Below, one piece after another: positions 55,381 to 64,000 of a DNA stretch of 64,000 nt. The translations under genes were made by a program, and so were the position numbers. This stretch comes from a bacterium (GTDB taxonomy: Bacteria > Patescibacteriota > Patescibacteriia > JACQRZ01). How positions within the stretch are numbered: the first letter of the stretch is position 1; each line of letters begins with the position of its first letter. The notes beneath the pieces were generated by a model. It was not told the origin of the DNA, searched no databases, and saw only the letters and a list, made by a program, of their open reading frames with translations. Location of the stretch: positions 10,782-74,781 of the forward strand of contig JAHFJA010000003.1 of the NCBI GenBank assembly GCA_023246095.1, written 5' to 3'.

Positions 55381-56364
55381 CTACTTCTTTCTTTTCTTCC
55401 CATGAAACGCTTTGTGAACGTCGCGCAATTGCTGGTTGGTAATATGAGTGTAGATTTGCGTGGTGGTGATACTAGAGTGCCCCAAGAGTGCTTGTACTGA
55501 TCGGATGTCAGCTCCGTTGATCAAAAGATCAGTCGCAAAGGTGTGGCGCATGACATGGGGGGTAATATGTTTTGTAATCCCGGCGGCGTGGGAATATTTT
55601 TGTACGAGACGCTGCATGCTGCGAGGAGTGAGGTGAAGATTGTCATCATCTTCATCGAGAGCTTTGCCGGTAAACGCGCGATCATGGCGGATGAAAAGTG
55701 GGTTGAATACGTCAGTGCGCAATGCAAGATAGTCTCGGATACGATCTTTTGCATTTTTTGAAAGAAATACGATGCGATATTTGTCGCCTTTTCCTTTTAC
55801 GGTGAATTCATCCTTGGCTAAATTGATGCTACCACGACGCAAGGCGGCTAACTCGGACACGCGAAGCCCCGATGAAAAAAATAACTCTAAGATTGCCGCA
55901 TCACGCTGTTTGGTAATCTCTGGTTCATGCGTACGAGCGGGTGCTTGAAGAAACCGTTCAAGGTCGTCTCCTTCCATGAAGTCAACCGTTCGCTGAGGCA
56001 TTTTTGCGAGTTCTATTTTTTCTGGAGCCAGGGTGCGAATGTCGCGCTTTGCGAGATACTTTAAAAATGACCGCACTGCGATGAGGTGATAATTTTGCGT
56101 ATTCTTTTTCAGTGGTGTATCCCCGTTGAGTCGATTGAGCCAGAGGCGAAATGCGCGAACAGTATCTAAACTAATTTGTGCCGGTGCGGTAACTTTATTT
56201 TCTCGCGCCCACTTTTCAAAACGGTTGAGATAAAACGCGTAATTCTCAATCGTGTTTGGTGAGCGGTTTTTTTCAATCTCAATATGTTCGAGATAATCGC
56301 GGATCAATTTTTTGAGAAGTGATGGGGGAGGCATAGTCCTTTTATTGTACGACACTATTGACAA
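55381..56364 (-). CDS. Tyrosine site-specific recombinase, XerC/XerD family
   Basis: N-terminal SAM-like core-binding domain; C-terminal catalytic region ...HVMRHTFATDLLINGADIRSVQALLGHSSITTTQIYTHI (R..H..R..Y). Confidence 0.85.
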   Translation of the reverse strand: MSIVSYNKRTMPPPSLLKKLIRDYLEHIEIEKNRSPNTIENYAFYLNRFEKWARENKVTAPAQISLDTVRAFRLWLNRLNGDTPLKKNTQNYHLIAVRSFLKYLAKRDIRTLAPEKIELAKMPQRTVDFMEGDDLERFLQAPARTHEPEITKQRDAAILELFFSSGLRVSELAALRRGSINLAKDEFTVKGKGDKYRIVFLSKNAKDRIRDYLALRTDVFNPLFIRHDRAFTGKALDEDDDNLHLTPRSMQRLVQKYSHAAGITKHITPHVMRHTFATDLLINGADIRSVQALLGHSSITTTQIYTHITNQQLRDVHKAFHGKKRKK

Positions 56365-56444
56365 AAAGGGAAAAATGTGATATGGTAGCGATTGTAATAA
56401 TTATGGATGTACTGGTGAGAAGTCAGTGAAAAAAGGAGAATATA

Positions 56445-56735
56445 ATGTCGAAAAAAGAGTTTTTCTATTCTGAAACCGAAAAATTAGCATTCTACATAAC
56501 GGGTGAAGATAATTCTTTCAATGTAGTAAAGATAATCGACATGTTGAATGCAGGTGCTGATGCTTTAGTTTCTGCTGCACCATCTATTGACCGAGCAACA
56601 GTAGGGACTGCGTTCATTAGAAAGTCATTCCGTTATCAGAATCGACGATATTTCTATGCTACGGCAGCGGAAGTACCTGATACTTTTTTTAAGCTTGGTG
56701 AAGATTGGACAATGCAAAAGTGGATAGAAAGGTAA
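56445..56735 (+). CDS. Hypothetical protein (96 aa)
   Basis: SD AAAGGAGAA; TTGACA-17-TATGGT-like promoter at 56361-56389. Confidence 0.4.
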   Translation: MSKKEFFYSETEKLAFYITGEDNSFNVVKIIDMLNAGADALVSAAPSIDRATVGTAFIRKSFRYQNRRYFYATAAEVPDTFFKLGEDWTMQKWIER

Positions 56736-56918
56736 CATCCTTCAAAAGGAAATAAAATGTATGAAGCCAACCTAATTTAGGAAGGCTTTTGTTTTACTGT
56801 TATTGACAGAACAGTGGACTCGGGATAGTTTCTGTTACAGAATATTCCTTTGAAGGAATGTTCGTCGCTGTATCGTTATTTTAAAATTATTATTTTGTAG
56901 AATAAGGGGTCGTTAAGA

Positions 56919-58121
56919 ATGAATGAGAAACCACGAGTATTATTTGTTACAGGAACATTAGTAAAGAGAGGGGGTCCTTATGTTATTTCTCGCATTATGG
57001 AGAAACTACACAAGGAAGGTATCGAAACAAAACTTGCTGCTTGTTATCTGCAAGGAAGTTCAGCTTCTGAGGCAGAGGAATGGTGGCCAGAAAAAAATAT
57101 CGATTGGATCACCGTTGTCACAACAGGTGATTCAACAATGCGACAGATTGCGGGTATCGAAGAAGTGAAAAAATACCTGAGAATACATGCTCATGAATAT
57201 ACCCATATCATTTTAGACAGTTGGAATGTATTTCATGCATGGATTACATCAGGGGTTTCACACTCAAATGTATTTCATCTCATGCAGTCAGAAGGACCAT
57301 TTGAAGCAGAAGACCCGTCAGTAGTTTGGAAGGCAGAATTATATAATGTGCTCGCAACACTCCCTGCATCACGCATTGTTGTGTCTCGGTATTTGGCAGC
57401 AGTTCAGAAACGTAGGTCCGAAGCGTCGGTGTACTATATGCCCCTTTTCATTGATAAAGCATTTTTTGAGGCAGAATATTTTGTAAAAGACCGGGAACAT
57501 CTTACGGTGGTAAGTACCTCCGGAGACTTCCTTGGGCGAGAAAAAGGACTGGATGTTTTGATTGAAACATTAACAGAATGGCATGCGCATTTTCCCCGTT
57601 TCAGCCTAACTTTGGTGTCGTCAAGAGAGATCCCGGAAGATCGGCTAAAAGCACCGTTTCCGATAACAGTATGCTCTGCGAAAGATCCGGCCGACTCAAT
57701 ACGAATCTTGCAGACTGCTGATGTGGCGGTGTTTACCTCTACTAATGAAGGGTGGGGATTATGTAATGCAGAGGCAATCGCATTAGGCATCCCAACTATT
57801 GCTCTGTATGCAGGAGGAAACCAAGATTTTATGCTCGGTTCAAATGCTGTACTTGTCTCAAACGGCACTGGTTCATTACTGAGTACACTGATTTCCATGC
57901 AGGATTATGCGACTCGCCAAATGATTCATATGAATGCGCGGGAAAGCATGAGGCATTATCAAATCGACGAAACAGTACGAATATTTAAAGAGATATTACA
58001 GATTAAGCAATTAGGAGGAAATTCTGTGTCTGTAGAAGATGAAAATTTTGTTAAAACTTTTGGAGAAAATGACAACCAAGAAGATGAGGAGGATGAAACA
58101 GGAAGGTCTGCACTTGACTAA
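56919..58121 (+). CDS. GT-B fold glycosyltransferase, family 4 (group 1)
   Basis: C-terminal EGWGLCNAEAIALGIPTIA motif (the E-x7-E region of GT4). Confidence 0.7.
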   Translation: MNEKPRVLFVTGTLVKRGGPYVISRIMEKLHKEGIETKLAACYLQGSSASEAEEWWPEKNIDWITVVTTGDSTMRQIAGIEEVKKYLRIHAHEYTHIILDSWNVFHAWITSGVSHSNVFHLMQSEGPFEAEDPSVVWKAELYNVLATLPASRIVVSRYLAAVQKRRSEASVYYMPLFIDKAFFEAEYFVKDREHLTVVSTSGDFLGREKGLDVLIETLTEWHAHFPRFSLTLVSSREIPEDRLKAPFPITVCSAKDPADSIRILQTADVAVFTSTNEGWGLCNAEAIALGIPTIALYAGGNQDFMLGSNAVLVSNGTGSLLSTLISMQDYATRQMIHMNARESMRHYQIDETVRIFKEILQIKQLGGNSVSVEDENFVKTFGENDNQEDEEDETGRSALD

Positions 58122-58353
58122 CTAGTTTTTGTTCGTTTTTTCGTAAAGAATCTGATAATCAGCGAGGAATATAGTGGTTGAACTTAATATGTTTTACCAC
58201 TTTTTTATTACTTCTTACCTCCCTTGCCTTTTCCCTCAATCCATGGTACTATTGGATCGCTTTAATTATTAAATGACGATGACTCGGTATTTCCTTTTGA
58301 ACAGCAGCTTGTTCGGGATTAAGGACTACTGGCGTTGTAAGTCACTACACTCT

Positions 58354-58689
58354 ATGTTGGACAAGAAGGCAAAAGAGAAGTTGATCGCGAAATTCGCGAC
58401 TCACAAGGGCGACACGGGTTCGACCCAGGTCCAATCGGCTATCCTCACTGAGGAAATCAACCGTTTGGCAGAACATTTGCAGATGCACAAGAAGGACCAT
58501 TCTTCACGCCGCGGTCTTATTAAAAAAGTCGGCGAACGACGCAGACTCCTTCGCTACCTTGCTTCAGAGGATGCAAAAGCCTATGAAGAACTGTCAAAGA
58601 AGCTTAAGATAAAGAAGCGACAGTTCGCGCAAGAGAAAAATGAGTTGGATATGGATGATATGCCAATGCCAGCCGTTATCGAAGAGTAA
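58354..58689 (+). CDS. rpsO: 30S ribosomal protein S15 with an about 23 aa C-terminal extension
   Basis: [51 protein letters not shown]; start chosen at Met 58354. Confidence 0.8.
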   Translation: MLDKKAKEKLIAKFATHKGDTGSTQVQSAILTEEINRLAEHLQMHKKDHSSRRGLIKKVGERRRLLRYLASEDAKAYEELSKKLKIKKRQFAQEKNELDMDDMPMPAVIEE

Positions 58690-58760
58690 GCGTTATTTTT
58701 TAAAAGAGGAGGAGCCCCAAGAGGGGTCCCTTCGGGAAGTCTCAAAGAAGTGTACATTAT

Positions 58761-59303
58761 ATGATTAAACATAAAGATCAGAGAGTAGGGGTGTTTGTCG
58801 ATGTGGGCAATATGTATCATTCGGCAAAAAATCTTTACAAAGCACGCGTGAATTTCCAGGAAGTGCTCAAAGCCGCAGTCGCGGGGCGCAAACTCATTCG
58901 TGCATCGGCGTATGTGATCAAATCACAGACGCAAGAAGAGCAAAGTTTTTTTGAAGCACTATCAAAGCAAGGGTTTGACCTTCGAATGAAGGATTTGCAA
59001 GTTTTTGCGGGCGGTGCAAAAAAAGGAGATTGGGATGTCGGTATGTCAGTTGATGCGATTAAATCCGCTGACAAACTCGATGTCGTTATCTTGGTCACTG
59101 GTGACGGTGATTACGTCCCTCTTGTGACGTATTTGAACGAAAACAAAGGATGCCAAGTAGAAGTATTGGGTTTTGGTGAGACGACCTCACTCAAACTCAA
59201 AGAAGCAGTTGATGATTTTATCGATTTGAGTGAAGATCTTGGTACATACTTGCTGCGTGAGAATCGCAGTGGGGGTACAAGACGTCGTTCAAGCAGTAAA
59301 TAA
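58761..59303 (+). CDS. NYN-domain (LabA-like) protein
   Basis: VGVFVDVGNMYHSAKN...VILVTGDGDYVPLV pattern of NYN/LabA nucleases. Confidence 0.7.
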   Translation: MIKHKDQRVGVFVDVGNMYHSAKNLYKARVNFQEVLKAAVAGRKLIRASAYVIKSQTQEEQSFFEALSKQGFDLRMKDLQVFAGGAKKGDWDVGMSVDAIKSADKLDVVILVTGDGDYVPLVTYLNENKGCQVEVLGFGETTSLKLKEAVDDFIDLSEDLGTYLLRENRSGGTRRRSSSK

Positions 59304-59453
59304 CACCACAGGGAGGGTGTAAAAGCCCTCCTATCGAGTGTGTTCCTAAACAATAATTATTATTTTTTGCTGATCCGCAGATAGGTAGATTCCACATACG
59401 GTGCATGGGCACAGTGGGGGACCTAAAATCTTCGGGTCAGCACCCGTTATACT

Positions 59454-61586
59454 ATGATCAAACGATATGAGACCGAGATAGGAGGACGAACTCTTGTTAT
59501 CGAAACAGGAAAATTAGCAAAGCAAGCAGGGGCCGCTGTTGTGTGTCAATATGGAGAAACAACCGTTCTTGCAACAGTGGTAATCGGCAACGAACCACGT
59601 GCAGGTATTGATTACTTTCCTCTCATGGTTGATTACGAGGAAAAGCTTTACGCAGCAGGAAAAATCAAGAGCTCACGTTTTATCAAACGAGAAGGACGTG
59701 CTACCGATGAGGCTATTTTGACCTCGCGACTTATCGATCGCGCGATTCGTCCTCTGTTTGATGACAGCATTAAAAATGACGTACAAGTGATTCTTACCGT
59801 ATTGTCGATGGATGGTGAAAATGATCCGGATGTTCCTGCGATGATTGCTGCATCAGCTGCTTTAAGTATTTCAAATATTCCATGGGATGGTCCTATTGGG
59901 GGCATCCGTATTGGCCAGATCAATGGTGAATGGACGATCAATACAACATATACTGCGAGAGAAAAGAGTACACTCGATTTGTACGTGGCAGGTACGGGCG
60001 ATAAGGTTATTATGATTGAGGCAGGTGCTCAAGAAGTACCCGAACAGGTGTGTTATGACGCAATTCAATTTGCCTTAAAACATTTGGGTCCCATTTGTAC
60101 GTTTATTAAAGGGATTCAAGATGAAATCGGCCAGCCAAAACGTATAGTGAGCCCCGTTGAAAAGAAGGAAGAAGAGGCGGAAGATGAATTGACTGAAGAT
60201 GTCGTCACAAAAACAGACAGTTGGCTTAAAGAGCATCTTCCTCGGTACATTAACGGAGCGCCGAAAGAAACAAAATCTGAACGTAAGGCTTTGCTTGTGC
60301 AACTTAAACGCGAGCTTGATGAATATTTGAAGGCAGAACAAGTTGGTAAAGAAAAACGTCGCAAGGCTCTCGATATTTTGGAAGAGGAAGCAGAAGCAGA
60401 GGTATCGCGTACGATTATTCGTGATGGATGGCGTGTTGATGGTCGCGGTTTGACTGATATTCGTACACTTTCTTGTGATGTTGCGGTGTTGCCTCGTATT
60501 CATGGGTCTGGACTTTTTTCACGCGGTGAAACGCAAGTACTTTCTATCGTGACTCTGGGGTCTCCTGGAGATGAGCAGACGCTCGATGGTATGGAAGAAG
60601 TGGGGAAGAAACGTTATATGCATCATTATAATTTCCCTCCATTTTCTGTTGGTGAGGCAAAGCCGATGCGTGGTCCGGGCCGTCGTGAAATTGGCCACGG
60701 TGCGTTAGCAGAAAAGGCGTTGGTGCCAGTGCTACCTTCAAAAGAGGAGTTTCCTTACACTATTCGTGTTGTTTCTGAAGTTCTTGGGTCAAATGGTTCC
60801 AGCTCTATGGCATCGACGTGCGGTTCGACATTGGCACTTATGGATGCCGGTGTGCCGATCAAAAAGCCTGTTGCGGGCATTGCTATGGGTCTTGCGTCAA
60901 ATGATAAGGGTGAATATCGCATTCTTACAGACCTTCAGGATTTAGAAGACGGGCAAGGGGGAATGGATTTCAAAATTGCCGGTACCGCCGACGGCATTAC
61001 CGCGATTCAGCTTGATACTAAAACAAAAGGTTTGACCCTCGAAATGGTGCAATTGACTCTCACACAAGGAAAAGAAGCTCGAATTCGCATTCTCGCGGAG
61101 ATGACAGCGGTCATTGCAGCACCCCGCGACAATCTCTCACCATATGCTCCTCGAATAATTACCCTCCACATCAATCCGGAAAAAATTCGAGATGTTATTG
61201 GGCCTGGTGGCAAGATGATTAATCAGATTATTGATGAAACAGGGGTCCAGATCGATATTGAACAGGATGGAACAGTATTAATTACCTCAAACAATGAAGA
61301 AGGTTCTGCTCGTGCAGTAGAATGGGTGAAGCGCATTACCAAAGAGGTAGTAGTAGGAGAAGTGTTTGTCGGCAAGGTTACTCGGATTATGAACTTTGGT
61401 GCTTTCGTTGAAATAGCCCCACGCCAGGAAGGTTTAGTTCATATTTCTGAAATAGCTCCACAGCGCATCGATAAGGTTGAAGATGTTCTTAAACTGGGAC
61501 AAGAAGTGAAAGTAAAAGTGATAGAAATTGATGATATGGGGCGAGTAAATCTCTCTATAAAGCGCGTTATTCCAGCGCAGGAATAA
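59454..61586 (+). CDS. pnp: Polynucleotide phosphorylase
   Basis: Two RNase PH domains, KH (GPGGKMINQII), S1 domain (GEVFVGKVTRIMNFGAFVEI); 710 aa. Confidence 0.95.
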   Translation: MIKRYETEIGGRTLVIETGKLAKQAGAAVVCQYGETTVLATVVIGNEPRAGIDYFPLMVDYEEKLYAAGKIKSSRFIKREGRATDEAILTSRLIDRAIRPLFDDSIKNDVQVILTVLSMDGENDPDVPAMIAASAALSISNIPWDGPIGGIRIGQINGEWTINTTYTAREKSTLDLYVAGTGDKVIMIEAGAQEVPEQVCYDAIQFALKHLGPICTFIKGIQDEIGQPKRIVSPVEKKEEEAEDELTEDVVTKTDSWLKEHLPRYINGAPKETKSERKALLVQLKRELDEYLKAEQVGKEKRRKALDILEEEAEAEVSRTIIRDGWRVDGRGLTDIRTLSCDVAVLPRIHGSGLFSRGETQVLSIVTLGSPGDEQTLDGMEEVGKKRYMHHYNFPPFSVGEAKPMRGPGRREIGHGALAEKALVPVLPSKEEFPYTIRVVSEVLGSNGSSSMASTCGSTLALMDAGVPIKKPVAGIAMGLASNDKGEYRILTDLQDLEDGQGGMDFKIAGTADGITAIQLDTKTKGLTLEMVQLTLTQGKEARIRILAEMTAVIAAPRDNLSPYAPRIITLHINPEKIRDVIGPGGKMINQIIDETGVQIDIEQDGTVLITSNNEEGSARAVEWVKRITKEVVVGEVFVGKVTRIMNFGAFVEIAPRQEGLVHISEIAPQRIDKVEDVLKLGQEVKVKVIEIDDMGRVNLSIKRVIPAQE

Positions 61587-62445
61587 GCAAACAAGTTGTA
61601 CCGTTTTGTGAAAAGTATCCTATGATTGGGTACTTTTCTGTTAGTGGGCTGTGCATAACTCTTGTGTTCACTGAAAACGATTGGTGATTGCTGGGCGAAG
61701 TTAAAATTCACTGTTCTTTCTTTAAAAAGAAAAGGAATAATTATGTAAATAAGCTACAGAGTACCATACCGGGAGCGTTGACCAAGGGCCCAAATAATGG
61801 TATTATTAGTGATGTAAGTTATTTTACAACAGCACACATTTCGACGGAGCTACCAGTGGGAAATTTCAAATACAAAACAAAACCCGTTCTTTATAAAATC
61901 GTCACGCCTTGCCAAACAGGCAGTGACACCCACCAGTAGTACGAAGTCAATCTGGCATACAACACAAAAATAAAATGATTCCGGCCAGATCATTCATCCT
62001 AATCAGAGGATAATACGATTTCATCTTGAGAAACACGTGCAAATAAAAAAGTGGCTTTGCTTCTCCTCTTAATTGCAGGACAAAAACCGACTGTCCTTGC
62101 GTCAAAATAAAAACAAAATGAAATATCCAGGTTGGAATTTGGTGATGGGTAATCCTTGGCGGGTAGCTATACTAGCTAACCTTTGAAGATTACCCATTGC
62201 CCTAGGAAGACCGATGAGGGGTTTTAAAGCCAGCGAATCCTGTCGGGAATTCGCGCCCTGTCTTTTGATAAAATCTTTATACTCATTTTTTAAATGGGTA
62301 CATAGTGGTCATACAGACAGCAAAGGCGCATGAGCGAAATTAAATTTATTACTTTTACCAAGTAAAAGTAGCGCTTTATGCGCCTCTTTTAGTATATGAG
62401 TTAAGATGAGTATACACATTCAGATTTATATTTTATACTGTAAGT

Positions 62446-62814
62446 ATGTTAGACAAAGCAACAATTGAAGAGATGCGAGCATATATTCTTGGCGAGAAGG
62501 ATCGTCTTGAAAGTGAGCTAGGAAGTTTTGCAAAGGAAAACCCTCAAGCGGAGGGTGGTTTTGAGTCGAAATGGGAAAATTTGGGCAATAGTGAGGAAGA
62601 CAATGCGGTTGAAGTTGCAGAATACATTAATACGATTGGTGTTGAGCGAGAGCTTGAAGCCCGTCTTGGTGAAATGCGTCAGGCATTAGAACGCGTTGAT
62701 AACGGTACATATGGTGTATGTGCAAATTGTGGTCAAGATATTCCCCCAGCACGGTTGAAAATCAAACCTGAAGCGATTTATTGCATCCCTTGTTCGGAAA
62801 AATTACAGCGGTAG
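62446..62814 (+). CDS. DksA/TraR-family C4 zinc-finger protein
   Basis: Coiled-coil N-terminus plus CANCGQDIPPARLKIKPEAIYCIPC. Confidence 0.75.
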   Translation: MLDKATIEEMRAYILGEKDRLESELGSFAKENPQAEGGFESKWENLGNSEEDNAVEVAEYINTIGVERELEARLGEMRQALERVDNGTYGVCANCGQDIPPARLKIKPEAIYCIPCSEKLQR

Positions 62815-63137
62815 TGTTTATGTATCCGGGCTTAGCTGAGTTGCCTCTTTATCTGGTAATTTGTATGTTTTTGATAGCGTGCGTAAGCGCGCTATTTATT
62901 TTACTTAAAAATCATCGAGTTGGTACGGTGGTGGGTGTTTGTATGGTGCTTGGAGGCGGTGTCAGCAACCTCACAGAGCGTCTCATTTACGGACACGTTG
63001 TCGATTGGATACCGGTTGGTGAGGTATTCGTTACTAACGTAGCAGATGCTATCATTGTTATAGGCATACTTATTTGTGTGTATTATTTCTATGATAGCTC
63101 GCGTACTATCAACCGCGCTCATCGGACTAGAAAGTGA
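62781..63137 (+). CDS. lspA: Lipoprotein signal peptidase-like protein, N-terminally short (possible truncated LspA)
   Basis: LGGGVSNLTERLIYGHVVDWI and FVTNVADAIIVIG match LspA C-terminal motifs, but the NxGxAFG region is absent; overlaps the DksA-like gene 3' end and the comM start. Confidence 0.4.
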   Translation: MHPLFGKITAVVFMYPGLAELPLYLVICMFLIACVSALFILLKNHRVGTVVGVCMVLGGGVSNLTERLIYGHVVDWIPVGEVFVTNVADAIIVIGILICVYYFYDSSRTINRAHRTRK

Positions 63138-64000
63138 GTTAGTGGAAGTCGAATGTGATGCCGGATTCGGTCAAGCACTGTTTATTATTGTGGGACTGCC
63201 TGATACCTCGGTTCAAGAGTCTCGAGAACGAGTGCGCGCAGCATTTCGGAATAGTGATGTTCCGTTTCCACGAGGGCGGGTTACCGTCAATCTTGCGCCG
63301 GCGGATATAAAAAAAGAAGGTCCGTCATATGATATACCGATTGCACTGAGTATAATTCTTGCCCATGAAGATATTGGCCCTACTATTGCACCAGGAATAA
63401 GAGATGAACTCTCAAAAAGTGTTTTTTTGGGCGAACTTGCACTTGACGGGGGTGTCCGTCCTGTCCGTGGTGTATTATCAAGTGTATGGTCCGCAAAACA
63501 AAGGGGTGTTTTGGAAATATTTGTTCCTGCCGCTAATGCAGCCGAGGCGGCGTTGGTAAAAGACATTATTATTTACCCCGTTCGTCATTTGAAAGAGTTG
63601 ATATCTCATGTAACACAAAAGGTACAATTGAGGCCTGTCGTTCGTGAATCGTCTTCTGTAGTACAGGAAAGTTTTTATCCTACTGATATGTCTCATGTAC
63701 AGGGTCAGTCTCACGTAAAGCGTGCACTCGAAATTGCTGCTGCGGGAGGTCACAATGTTATTTTGTCGGGTTCTCCTGGTGCAGGAAAAACTCTTTTGGC
63801 TCGGGCGATCCCGAGTATTTTACCTACAATGAGTGAAGAAGAAATGTTTGATGTCACCCGTCTTTATAGTGTTGCAGGGTTGATCACCGTTGATGCACCA
63901 ATGATCACCCAGCGTCCTTTTCGAAGTCCGCATCATAGTTCGTCGGTACCCTCAATGGTGGGTGGGGGGAGCGTTCCTCGGCCTGGCGAGATTAGTCTTG
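63091..64000 (+). CDS. comM: Mg-chelatase-family AAA+ ATPase ComM/YifB (5' partial, runs off the window end)
   Basis: Hand-translated MIARVLSTALIGLESELVEVECDAGFG...PDTSVQESRERVRAAFRNS...GSPGAGKTLLARAIPSILP; no stop before 64000. Confidence 0.8.
   Translation, partial: MIARVLSTALIGLESELVEVECDAGFGQALFIIVGLPDTSVQESRERVRAAFRNSDVPFPRGRVTVNLAPADIKKEGPSYDIPIALSIILAHEDIGPTIAPGIRDELSKSVFLGELALDGGVRPVRGVLSSVWSAKQRGVLEIFVPAANAAEAALVKDIIIYPVRHLKELISHVTQKVQLRPVVRESSSVVQESFYPTDMSHVQGQSHVKRALEIAAAGGHNVILSGSPGAGKTLLARAIPSILPTMSEEEMFDVTRLYSVAGLITVDAPMITQRPFRSPHHSSSVPSMVGGGSVPRPGEISL

Noticed and set aside
61587-62445. tmRNA, RNase P RNA or SRP RNA in the post-pnp gap
   Set aside because: I could not find the universally conserved P4 (AGGAAAGTCCGGGC), SRP domain IV (GGAAGGAAGCAGC), or the tRNA-like TTCGA/CCA end plus tag-peptide frame on either strand; left as an unassigned structured region.
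1-64000. CRISPR arrays, rRNA genes, IS elements with transposases
   Set aside because: No short regularly spaced direct repeats, no rRNA-like conserved blocks and no DDE/transposase-like ORFs were seen. The only recombinase is the XerC/D-like gene at 55381-56364.

Overview
This 64 kb window is low-GC and gene-dense. Its overall character resembles a Patescibacteria/CPR-type or other reduced-genome bacterium, but that is an inference from gene content, not a database result. The gene-content clues are a split transketolase, GT2+DUF2304 pairs, a giant surface protein with lamin-tail domains, and many tiny hypothetical proteins.

Most of the window is housekeeping or accessory coding sequence:
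- a copper-export operon (CopA, an HMA-fused membrane protein, a cupredoxin-like protein);
- a Cfa-like methyltransferase paired with an FAD-linked oxidoreductase;
- two pairs of fused ABC exporters, one pair being a tandem duplication with homogenized ends;
- pentose-phosphate and glycolytic genes (rpiB, rpe, split tkt, class II FBA, PfkB kinase);
- an ECF CbiM/Q/O-type transporter;
- ruvB, rlmH, rmlD, rpsO followed by a NYN-domain gene and pnp, a DksA/TraR protein, a truncated lspA-like gene, and a partial comM/yifB at the 3' edge.

I found four tRNA genes by hand: Gly-GCC, Leu-TAA, His-GTG and Arg-TCT. I found no rRNA and no CRISPR array.

The most unusual signals are these:
- diverged direct repeats of the sequence downstream of tRNA-Gly (three copies) and downstream of tRNA-His (two to three copies), which look like footprints of small integrated elements;
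- a class II Fic protein whose promoter is overlapped by two nested CGTGAAT/ATTCACG palindromes;
- a candidate structured RNA of about 166 nt upstream of rpe;
- an 860 bp non-coding region after pnp.

All calls rest on motifs read directly from the translations and the DNA; nothing was searched against a database.
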